From Thermoplasmata archaeon (lineage in GTDB: Archaea > Thermoplasmatota > Thermoplasmata > Lutacidiplasmatales > UBA184), in assembly GCA_030037875.1 (NCBI GenBank), contig JASHPV010000089.1, positions 1-61,108 of the forward strand: a stretch of 61,108 nucleotides of DNA, given 5' to 3'. A program made the translations under genes and the position numbers. How positions within the stretch are numbered: position 1 is the stretch's first letter; every line of letters starts with the position of its first letter. Below the pieces are notes generated by a model. It had not been told where the DNA came from. It made no database searches and saw only the letters and a program-made list of their open reading frames with translations. Of this stretch, positions 17,294 to 26,400 are shown piece by piece.

Positions 17294-18784
17294 GAGATTG
17301 CGCCCGGGCGGAGGCGGGCTTTGCGCCGGGTGGTGCGGCGGAATCAGGCCGGGCTCCAGGGGTGGCGCCGGTTGAGGCCGCGCGGGGGAGATGGTAGAGG
17401 GCGGCACGGGACTCTTCTCCGCCGGCGCGGCATCCAAGTTCGACAGGGCCTCCTCGAACACTGCGAGTCCCCGCTCGAGGAGAGGGTCCTCGATCGTGAG
17501 CGGGGCCATGAACCGGAGGGCGTTGTCGTAGCTCCCGCAGGTGTGCATCAACAGCCCGTTCAGGAAGAGTTCGCGCCGCATCGCCTTCGCGCGCTCGTCC
17601 CACGGAGTCTTCCGGGCCGCGTCCTTCACGAACTCGACTCCGATCATGAACCCTTTCCCGCGCACGTCGCCGATCGAGGGATGCGTCCGGGCATACTCCT
17701 GGAACCGGGCCAGGACCTGCTTGCCCCGACGCGCCGCCAGAGCGATCCAGTGTTCCTCGCGCAGGACCTTGAGGACCTCGGTTCCGACGGCCAGTGCCAA
17801 GGGGTTGCCGCGGTAGGTTCCTAGGTGGAAACCGCGGGGCAGCTCCTTGACGAGGTCATTCCGATACGCCACCATGGAGGCCGGTATTCCGCCCCCGATG
17901 GTCTTGGCGATACAGATGATGTCGGGAGTGACGTTCCAGTTCTCCACCGCCCAGAACTTGCCGGTCCGTCCCAGCCCCGTTTGGACTTCGTCGGCGATGA
18001 GGAGGAGGTCGTGCTCGTCGCAGAACTCCCGGAGCGACGGCAGGAAATCGTCCGGCGGCACCACGTAGCCCCCCTCCCCGAGGATCGGCTCGACCAGGAC
18101 GGCCGATGCCCGGTCGACCCCCGAGTAGGGGTCGTTGAGAAGATGTTCCATGTACCGGATCACGCCCTGGGCGCTGTCCGGGCTGTTCAGGACAGGCCGA
18201 TACGGGTTCGGGAACGGGATTCGTATCACCGAAGCTCCGTGGAACGAACTGGTCTCTCGGTACCGACGTCCCCCGGTCAGGTTTACTGCGCCGCCGTGGA
18301 CGCCATGATAGGCGCCGGAAAACGCAAAGGTTCCGGAACGGCCCTTGGCGTAGTCGGCCAGGCTCACGGCCGCCTCGATGGAATCTCCACCGGTGATCGT
18401 GAAGAGCACCTTGGCATGGTTCCGGAGCGTGCCGGGCAGCGACGCGGTCAGCTGCTCCAGGAACTCGACCCGGGCTTCGGTGGGGACTTCGAGTGAATGC
18501 CAGATTTTCTCGGCCTGGCGCTGGAGGGCCGCCACGAGCCGCGGGTGCCGGTGGCCCAGATTGAGAACCGAGATTCCCGCGACCCAATCGATGAAGCGGT
18601 TGCCATCCAAATCCTCAATGGTCGAGCCCCGCGCTTCGCGGATGGCCATCGGGAAGTACTTCGGATAGGCGACGGCATCGGTCTCGAGTCGGGCTTGCGT
18701 TTCGAGCAGTGCCCGGGACTTGGGCCCGGGCGGTGGCGTCACGATTTTCGGAGCGTCCGGGAAGCTCAACCAGTTCTCCGCCAT
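17288..18784 (-). CDS. Class-III (omega) aminotransferase with proline-rich C-terminal tail
   Basis: ADEVQTGLGRTGKFWA and PLP-lysine region CIAKTIGGG. The last roughly 55 aa are P/A/S-rich. Confidence 0.9.
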   Translation of the reverse strand: MAENWLSFPDAPKIVTPPPGPKSRALLETQARLETDAVAYPKYFPMAIREARGSTIEDLDGNRFIDWVAGISVLNLGHRHPRLVAALQRQAEKIWHSLEVPTEARVEFLEQLTASLPGTLRNHAKVLFTITGGDSIEAAVSLADYAKGRSGTFAFSGAYHGVHGGAVNLTGGRRYRETSSFHGASVIRIPFPNPYRPVLNSPDSAQGVIRYMEHLLNDPYSGVDRASAVLVEPILGEGGYVVPPDDFLPSLREFCDEHDLLLIADEVQTGLGRTGKFWAVENWNVTPDIICIAKTIGGGIPASMVAYRNDLVKELPRGFHLGTYRGNPLALAVGTEVLKVLREEHWIALAARRGKQVLARFQEYARTHPSIGDVRGKGFMIGVEFVKDAARKTPWDERAKAMRRELFLNGLLMHTCGSYDNALRFMAPLTIEDPLLERGLAVFEEALSNLDAAPAEKSPVPPSTISPARPQPAPPLEPGLIPPHHPAQSPPPPGRNLP

Positions 18785-18899
18785 CGGAATTCCTCGGGGG
18801 CGCCGACCGGACGCCCCGAGTCGATATCAAGCCGTCGGCGACTCGGACGCGCAGTCGCACGAGGGGTTTTCCGCCCCGAACCATCCCGAGGCGAGGGCG

Positions 18900-19754
18900 A
18901 TGGCAGAACTGGGTCCCCGAGTGGACGTTCACGTGCACCCGAGCCGGTATTCCCGGCACGGAGCCGCCTTCGCCGAAAAGAACCGAATCGAGTACACCCC
19001 CTCCGGCCTACTCGGGGAAATGGACGCGGCCGGAATCGGCTGGGGCGTCTTCCTGTGTCCGCGCCTGGCGCCCACCCTCGAAGCGGGTCTGGAGAACGTG
19101 TCCGAGGTGGCTTCGGCCAGCGGCGGCCGACTGCTTCCGACGGGAACGGTGGACCCGACGCGGGGAGAAGCCGAGGTGGCCCACGCGGTCGATCTCTGGT
19201 CGCGGAACCGGCCCCGTCTCCGGGGGATCAAGCTCTACCCGGGGTACCTCCCTTTTGATGTGACGGACCCGCGGCTCGAGCCGGTATACCGGTGGGCGGA
19301 GCGCGAACGGGTTCCGGTCTGGGTCCACCAGGGCGACACCGCGGACCCGGACGGATTGATCCGGTTCGCCCGGCCGATCTTCCTGGACGAAGTGGCGGTA
19401 CGATGGCGCTCGGTCCGGTTCGTCCTCTGCCATGTCGGCAATCCCTGGATGGAGGAGGCGGCGGAGGTGACGTACAAGAATGCCAACGTCTACACCGACA
19501 CCTCCGGGCTTCTGAATCCGTTCGCCGAGCACTACAACCTTCAGATCCGACGGATGCGAACGCGTCTCCACCACGCGATCTTGGCCGTCGGCGACGTGGG
19601 GAAGGTCCTCTACGGGTCCGATTGGCCGATCAGCTCGATCGTCGACGCGGTAGGATTGGTCGAAAGCCTCGACCTGTCGCGACCGGACAAGGAACGCATC
19701 CTGGGAGACAATGCGCGGGAGCTGCTGGGGCTTCCCGGCAGCGGTTCCGGGTGA
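18900..19754 (+). CDS. Amidohydrolase-2 / TIM-barrel metal-dependent hydrolase (paralogue 1)
   Basis: ATG 18900 gives MAELGPRVDVHVHPS (HxH metal motif). VWVHQGD and CHVGNPW are present. The track ORF start at 18720 overlaps the divergent aminotransferase. Confidence 0.8.
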   Translation: MAELGPRVDVHVHPSRYSRHGAAFAEKNRIEYTPSGLLGEMDAAGIGWGVFLCPRLAPTLEAGLENVSEVASASGGRLLPTGTVDPTRGEAEVAHAVDLWSRNRPRLRGIKLYPGYLPFDVTDPRLEPVYRWAERERVPVWVHQGDTADPDGLIRFARPIFLDEVAVRWRSVRFVLCHVGNPWMEEAAEVTYKNANVYTDTSGLLNPFAEHYNLQIRRMRTRLHHAILAVGDVGKVLYGSDWPISSIVDAVGLVESLDLSRPDKERILGDNARELLGLPGSGSG

Positions 19755-19788
19755 AAAGGTTCGTAAACTCCGTCGACTAGCGAGCCGT

Positions 19789-20643
19789 GTGCCGGTTCTC
19801 CCCCTAGGGCGCCGCGTCGATGTGCATGTGCACCTGAGCCGGTACTGGCCGGACCTGGCGCGAAACTCGTACCGGTCCGGCCTCGACTTCACCGTCCCCT
19901 CGCTGCTGCGCGAACTGGACGCTCAGTCGGTCGGATTCGCCGTGCTCCTCCAACTGTACCTGTCCCCCAGCCCGGCCGAAGTGCTTCGAGAGGGGGAGGA
20001 GATGTTCACCAAGAGTGGGGGCCGGCTCCTGCGCACCGTCACCGTGGACCCCACCCAGGGAGAAGCCGCCGTCCACGAGACCCTGGAGATGTGGAAGCGG
20101 GCCCGCGACCTCGTGGCAATCAAACTCTATCCGGGGTACCGGTCGTTTTACCCTCATGATGCGCGCCTCCATCCCGTCTACGAGTTCGCACACAAGGCGC
20201 AGATCCCGGTGATGATCCACCAGGGAGACACTCTCGACCCCAACGGTCAGCTGAAGTTCGCCCGCCCACTCGAAGTGGACGAGGTCGCGGTCCGGTTCCG
20301 TGACGTGCGGTTCGTCCTTTGCCACCTAGGGAACCCGTGGATCGAGGAAGTCGCCGAAGTCGTCTACAAGAATTCCAACGTCTACACGGATACTTCCGGC
20401 CTACTCGCGAACCCGGCGGTGCCCTACTTCCGGGAAATGATGGGAAGGGCCCAGCGACGGCTCACCAACGCGATCGCCGCGATGGGGGATGCCCGCCGGG
20501 TACTGTACGGCTCCGATTGGCCCCTCGAGTCCATTGAGACGGCCGTGGGATTGATCACCGGCCTCGACCTCCCCGCGGAGGACAAGGAGCTGATCTTGGG
20601 AGAAAATGCGCGGGCGCTGTTCCGGATCGACGTTTCGGACTGA
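19789..20643 (+). CDS. Amidohydrolase-2 / TIM-barrel metal-dependent hydrolase (paralogue 2)
   Basis: VDVHVHLS, VMIHQGD and CHLGNPW are colinear with 18900-19754. The start is either GTG 19789 or ATG 19711 (44-nt overlap with the previous gene). Confidence 0.75.
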   Translation: MPVLPLGRRVDVHVHLSRYWPDLARNSYRSGLDFTVPSLLRELDAQSVGFAVLLQLYLSPSPAEVLREGEEMFTKSGGRLLRTVTVDPTQGEAAVHETLEMWKRARDLVAIKLYPGYRSFYPHDARLHPVYEFAHKAQIPVMIHQGDTLDPNGQLKFARPLEVDEVAVRFRDVRFVLCHLGNPWIEEVAEVVYKNSNVYTDTSGLLANPAVPYFREMMGRAQRRLTNAIAAMGDARRVLYGSDWPLESIETAVGLITGLDLPAEDKELILGENARALFRIDVSD

Positions 20644-20771
20644 CCACGTCCCTCCATGCCTGCGCGGAAGAAACGTTACGCGCGGCGCAACCCGCGTCGC
20701 CGTCCGAGCCTTGATATCGGTTCCCGCGTCCGGTACGTCGCTACGCACCGGTGAAGGACCGGTCCCTTTCT

Positions 20772-21698
20772 ATGTCCCGTACTTTCGAGGCGGCGCTGTC
20801 GCGAGCGCCGGTGTTCTTTGAGCCGGTGCCCCCGTCCCTTCGGACCCGGCCGGACCGGGTCGATTCGTACTTCCAGGAGCTGGCCACGCGCCTCCAGTCC
20901 ATCGAATCGCTGGATGCCATCGACGTTCCGGAACTGATTGACGAGAATCATGACGGCCGACCGTACTATCGGACGGCGGACCCACGCGAGATTGGCCGAC
21001 GGCTGGCGGAGCTAGTCCAGCGGCCCGTCGTGGTCAACAAGGTAGTCGCTCACCTTCCCTCCCAAGCGGCCTTGATCGAATGGACCCGCCAAACGCTCGA
21101 AGGGGGCATCCGCCACGTGGTCCTGGTCGGAGGATCCAGTCGCTACATCCCCTATCCGGGTCCCCAGGTGATCGAGGCCGACCGGGCCTGCGCGAGCCTG
21201 CTCCGAGAGCAAGGCGGACACCTGGGAAACATTGCGATTCCCCAGCGGCAAGGGGAAGCGCACCGCATGTTGGCCAAGACGCGGGCGGGGGCGTCGTTCT
21301 TCACCACGCAGATCTTGTTCGATAGTGAAAGTCTGCGACGCACCCTCCAAGAATACGACGCGCTCTGCCAGAAGGCTGGCGTTCCACCGGCGGCCGTACT
21401 GCTCAGCTTCGCGCCCCTGGCCGACGAGACCGACGCCGAGTTCGTCCGCTGGCTTGGAGCGGACATCCCGGAGGCGGCCGAGCGGTGGATACTGAACGGA
21501 GAGGAGACCTCGGCGGGGGATCGGGCCATCGAGCATGCGAGACGGGTTTGGGCCGACACGCGAACGGGTGCAGAAGCCGACGGACTCTCCCTCGCGCTCG
21601 GCGTGAACGTGGAGCAATTGACGCAGCGTCACCTCGACGTGGCCCTGCGAATGCTCACCGAACTCTCCGACACGGTTCGGCAACGTTCGGTGGCCTAG
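20772..21698 (+). CDS. Methylenetetrahydrofolate-reductase-like (MetF family) protein
   Basis: KTRAGASFFTTQILFDSESL resembles the MetF GADFxxTQxxFD signature within a beta/alpha-barrel-sized protein. Alternative GTG start at 20751. Confidence 0.6.
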   Translation: MSRTFEAALSRAPVFFEPVPPSLRTRPDRVDSYFQELATRLQSIESLDAIDVPELIDENHDGRPYYRTADPREIGRRLAELVQRPVVVNKVVAHLPSQAALIEWTRQTLEGGIRHVVLVGGSSRYIPYPGPQVIEADRACASLLREQGGHLGNIAIPQRQGEAHRMLAKTRAGASFFTTQILFDSESLRRTLQEYDALCQKAGVPPAAVLLSFAPLADETDAEFVRWLGADIPEAAERWILNGEETSAGDRAIEHARRVWADTRTGAEADGLSLALGVNVEQLTQRHLDVALRMLTELSDTVRQRSVA

Positions 21699-22558
21699 CG
21701 GGTCCCGGCCGGCGGCGCGGTGCGGCGGAACACCAGACAGTAGTGGTGGTGGTAGTTCGGGACGAACGTCGAGGGATACCCCCAGATGCCGAGGGGTTTC
21801 GAGTCCTGGCACCAGACGCGTTCCCCCTGAAACTGGAAGGGGGGCTGATCCAGTCCTCGCGCGAGGTCCCAGGCGAGGGTCCGGATCGACCCGTCGACGT
21901 CGCGAAGGTTCTGCGCGACGACGACGAGGTAACGGCCCGGTTCTAGTATCCCTCCCGTCGCCCTCAGAACCTCCAACGTGGAAGAGAGGAAGTCCGCGTA
22001 GTCGTGGAGGTTCCCCAAGTCGTCCGGGTCCCGTGAGTACGTGGTGGACAGCCCGCTCTCGGCCCGGGTCCGGTGCGCGGAGCGTGACCCGCCGCGGCTT
22101 TTCCCGAGCATGTCCCAGTACGGGGGCGAGGTCAGGACCAATTGAGCCGGGGGCAAGCCCTCGTGCTCCCAGATCGCCGCAAGGTTTCGGGCATCACCCG
22201 TGACGATCCGGACCATTGCCCCGGGCGCGCGGGCCTTCTGTGCCCGTTCCTCGGCCAGGCGGGAGAAGGTCGGGTTGATCTCGATTCCGATCGCGTTGCG
22301 ATGATGTCGTACGGCTGCAACGAGGGTCGATCCGGTTCCCGCAAAGGGGTCGAGGACCCACATCCCGCTCCGGGTGAAGAATTGAACGAAGGTCTCGCAC
22401 AACGCCTCCGGAAACTTGGCGGGATGGGATCGCTCCGACGGAGTGCGGCGGGGCGGGCTCGCGACGAACCAGGATTTCGTGAACCGGACCCACTCCTTCC
22501 CTGAGAGGTCGTTCAGTCGGGGACGAGGCCCCGACCGCGTACCGGACGCCGGGGTCAT
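21695..22558 (-). CDS. DNA (amino) methyltransferase, N4-C/N6-A type
   Basis: HPAKFPEAL..VLDPFAGTGSTLVAA (motifs X and I) is followed by LVLTSPPYWD (motif IV, SPPY). 287 aa. Confidence 0.8.
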   Translation of the reverse strand: MTPASGTRSGPRPRLNDLSGKEWVRFTKSWFVASPPRRTPSERSHPAKFPEALCETFVQFFTRSGMWVLDPFAGTGSTLVAAVRHHRNAIGIEINPTFSRLAEERAQKARAPGAMVRIVTGDARNLAAIWEHEGLPPAQLVLTSPPYWDMLGKSRGGSRSAHRTRAESGLSTTYSRDPDDLGNLHDYADFLSSTLEVLRATGGILEPGRYLVVVAQNLRDVDGSIRTLAWDLARGLDQPPFQFQGERVWCQDSKPLGIWGYPSTFVPNYHHHYCLVFRRTAPPAGTR

Positions 22559-22601
22559 AGCAAACCCAAGGCCGGCCCAAGGAAAAGGGTCTCTGTTCGG
22601 A

Positions 22602-23381
22602 TCAGTCGGGTAGGAGCCGGTCCGCGAGGCCGGTGAGCTCTTCGAACCGGTCGATGCGGAACTCTGCGTCCGGACTCTCGGACCGGGGCGGGTTCAGGAG
22701 CCGTCCGTAGGTTGCTCCGTACCGTTGTTCGCCGGTGTACAGAATGCCCGCGCGGAGTCCGGCAGCCCGGGCTCCCACGATATCGGCCCACCCGTCGCCG
22801 ACGTGGACGGCTCGCTCTCGTCGAGTTTCCAGCATCCCGAGGCAGTGCCAGAAGATCTCCGGGGCCGGTTTGGTCCATGGCAACTGGTCACTGAACGCCC
22901 ACGCCTCGATGTAGCTCCCGATGCCGGCGCGGTCGAGTTGCTGTTGCAGGGACTCGCCGGGCTCTCCCAGGGCATTCGACACCACTCCCAGGCGGTATTC
23001 CCGGTTCCGGAGCGTCGCGAGGGTCTCGGGAACGCCTGGGCAAGGCCGGAAGGGGGTTCGTTCCACCAAGGCGGCGAGGGCCTGAGAATACTCGAGCGGC
23101 CGGACGGCTCGGCCCAGTCGGCGTGCTCCATGAAGCGCCTGCGTCGCGAGGGGTATGGAAACACCCCCTCGGGCCGCGGCGACGACCTCAGCGCGGACTT
23201 CCTCAGCGGCCTGCCGCGGGTCGTGGGTCGGCGGGTGGCGTCCTCGGGGCGAAGGCGGCCACTGCTCGAATACCCGGACCATCGTCTCCAGCTGGTCCGC
23301 CATGTATCGTTCCTCCTCGGCGGGTTCGAGGTACACCAGCGTGTGCCAGAGGTCGAGGAGGACCGCCCGCGGTTCCCGCAT
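22602..23381 (-). CDS. HAD-superfamily hydrolase
   Basis: N-terminal AVLLDLWHTL (degenerate DxD motif I), VVSNA (motif II) and HVGDGWADIVGARAAG (motif IV). Confidence 0.75.
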   Translation of the reverse strand: MREPRAVLLDLWHTLVYLEPAEEERYMADQLETMVRVFEQWPPSPRGRHPPTHDPRQAAEEVRAEVVAAARGGVSIPLATQALHGARRLGRAVRPLEYSQALAALVERTPFRPCPGVPETLATLRNREYRLGVVSNALGEPGESLQQQLDRAGIGSYIEAWAFSDQLPWTKPAPEIFWHCLGMLETRRERAVHVGDGWADIVGARAAGLRAGILYTGEQRYGATYGRLLNPPRSESPDAEFRIDRFEELTGLADRLLPD

Positions 23382-23486
23382 CTACGGCCAGGAACGATCG
23401 AGGAGGGTGAAAGCGTCGCCTCGGGTTCGGACCGTCATTCGCCCCTTCGAGCTGGGACTACGAGAGTGTCCCGGGGGTGTACCCGC

Positions 23487-26400
23487 TCAGCCCTCGGACC
23501 ATGGCGGGGGTTGGGGTGGCGGCGGAGGCGGAGTTGCAGCGCCGGACGGCCAGGCCTGAGGCGGCGGTGGGCTCCGACGCCGACCCGTTACGGCGAGGAC
23601 CAGGAAAATGACCGCCAATGCGGCGAGGACTCCGATGAGGACGTAGGCGAGCGTGCTCAGGTAGGTCGAGGAGAGGGCGGGCGTGGGGCTCAGGACGATC
23701 TTCGCCGAGGTCGTGGCGTTCCCGACGATATCGACCAGCGAGGCGTACGGGAGGTAGCCGGGGTCGGTCACGTCGATGGCGTGGAAGCCGGCGGGGAGTG
23801 TGATATTGAACGCCCCATTCACCACGGTCTCTATCTGGCCGTCCACGGTCACCGTCGCCGAAACCGGGGAGACCGTACCCGCGAGATACCCGGAGACCGC
23901 CGCCGTGGCCGTCAGTGCGATGGTCACCGTCGTGGTGCCCCCCGCCGTTACCGAGACGTTGTTGCGATAGGTGAAGTAGCCCGTCGCGGATGCGACAACC
24001 GAGTGGACGCCCGCGGTTACGGTCGTGCTGAAACCTCCGTCCGTCACGGCGACCGGCGCGCCGTCGACCTCGACCGTCGCCGTCGCGGGCTTCACGGTAC
24101 CCGAGATGGTTCCTGAGCTGCCGGCGAAGACGATCGGGATCGTCTGGGCGACTCCCGAGACGGTCGGGCTCCCTGTCGCCGGAGAAGAGGCATATCCGGT
24201 TACGGCGCCCACCGTATACTCATAGGAGCCGTTGGTGAGGAAGTAGGAGATCTCGCTCGTCGAAGAGACGATCTCCCAGCCGTCCAGCCAGATCGACCAT
24301 GGGGTGCCGGCCGGCAGTCCGCTCTCGGTGAACTCGACCGCGGACACGTTCCCGACCAGCGACCCCGGCGGGAGCGGCGCGGAATCGCCGCCGAGCGATA
24401 TGTATCCGGTTTCGTCGTACGGCAGATCGCCGTACGGATTGTCCGGGAACGGGTCGAACTGGTCGCCGTAATCGGCCCAGTAGTTTCCGCCTTGCCAGGA
24501 CGTGTCCGCGATACTGCCGACCAATGGGACCTGTGAGAATCCGGACGCGTGGGCGACGACCGACGCAGCCTCCGGGGTCACATTCCAAGTGTTGGAGTTC
24601 GCTTCGGCGACGCCGGTGAAGTCGTTGAAATCATACTCCTGCGCCAGGATAGGGTACCACAGATACGGATCGAGGAAGGCGTTGTTGTAGATGAGGTCCC
24701 CCGACTCCGCCTCCGTGAGGCCGTTATACGGTGGCGCGGCGGGTGGAGCCGGGCTCTCGGTGACCGGCGGGTTGACGGCTACGATCGTGTTTCCCCAGAT
24801 CGTGTTGTCGGTGCCGCCGAAGAGGAAGATCCCCTGCACAGTGTAGTCGATGAGGTTGTCCGCCACGAGATTGTGGGAGGAGTTCCAGAACGAGATATCC
24901 GCCGGGGTTTCCGCGTCGTCGACGATGTACTCCACGTCGAGGAGGTCGAACCACCACGTACCGGGGAGCGCCGTATCCACCAGCGACACGTTGGAGACTT
25001 GCCAGAACCAATACGGCATGGAGTTCGTCGTCGGCACGTCGCGGTAGGGGACCGAGACGATGAGCGGCAGCTCGTCGACGATCTCCACCGACGCGTCCGT
25101 GTTCATCAGGAACACGCCGCTGTAGACCGGGAACGTCCAGTCGTTCAAGACTCCGAAGATGTCGTCGATCAGGTCGGGCTGACTGTTGTAGAGGATGTAC
25201 GGGTCGGTCGGCGTGCCCGCTCCCCCCGAGGAGATCGAGCGCAATTGCGCGTTCGTCCAAGCCCAGAGCGGAGTGTAGATCCCCTCGCCCGGCGTCGACT
25301 CAAGACTTGCGGTCCAGGTCAGCGGCGCCGTGAGAGTCCCCTCGGCGCCCATTCCCGTGTAGCCGCTCAGCACCGCCACGAGATCGTAGCTGATGCCCGG
25401 ACTGAGGTAGATCGTGGTCGTGTCGATCAGGGGGGCCCACTCCGGGTTTGTGTTATAGAAATTCGTCGAGGCGGAGGGGTAAACGAACACGAAGGCATTG
25501 GAAGGCGTGATATCGATAGTGATCGGCTCCGAGCCGGACTGTCCCGTGGCATTCCAGAGGCCGTCCAGGATCGACGGACCGGTGGTCATCACGCCGTACT
25601 GGTCGCCGGACGTTCCGGCCCAAGTTACCGTCGCGCCAGTGACCGTCTCCCCGGTGTCGCCCCCGTAACTGTAGGCCGAGGGAATGGGCTCTAGCTTCGA
25701 GCTGGTCGCGTTGAGGAAGTCGAGCGAGAAAGTGGCGTCCGCCGAGAAAAGGTCGACTTGGCTACCGCCCCCCGGGCCGCCGACATCGAGCTCGAAGTCC
25801 TCGGTGGCGTGGATCGCGTTGAAGGCGTACCCATCGGCGGTGAAGTTAGTGGGGTGCGTGATCGGAGCGGATGTGCCGCCGGTGCTGTCAAACACCACGT
25901 AGTCCCAGTCGGCGAAATTGTAGAGGGTGGTCCCGCCCCGGGTGATGAGGGTGGAGTACTCGAGTTCCTGCTCCCCGCCCATGGTCGAATTCACGAAAGA
26001 CCGGGAGGTGAAGGAGAGCGAGAACGGGTAGGTGAGCGGGAAGGTCGGACCGACGGAGAAGTAGAGCTCGTCGCCCGTCTGGATGCTCCCGTACGGCCCA
26101 TGGGCGAGAATCGAGCTCGGCAAAACCAGCGAGCTAGTCGTCGTGAAGTTCCAGGTGTCTGAGACGAGCGTCCCCTCACCGAGAATCTCGTTATAGTAGA
26201 GGGTGTCCTGGGTCCAGTACTCGAACGTGTGGTTGCCCCAGATGGTGACGTTCGTGAGCCACGCATTCTGCTGCACCGAGTACCCGCCGGGATTCGCGAA
26301 GTAGGAGTACGACGGTGCGAGGAGGCCCGCCCCCGTGGTCGTGAAGTTACCCTGAAGCTCGGTTGTGTTCAGGATATACGGTACCACCGTGCCTCCGGTG

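Noticed and set aside
22725-25694. Long plus-strand ORFs (22725-24116, 24549-25694) opposite the HAD and thermopsin-like genes
   Set aside because: They show shadow-ORF composition (R/G/P/D-rich), have no domains, and are fully antisense to well-supported genes.
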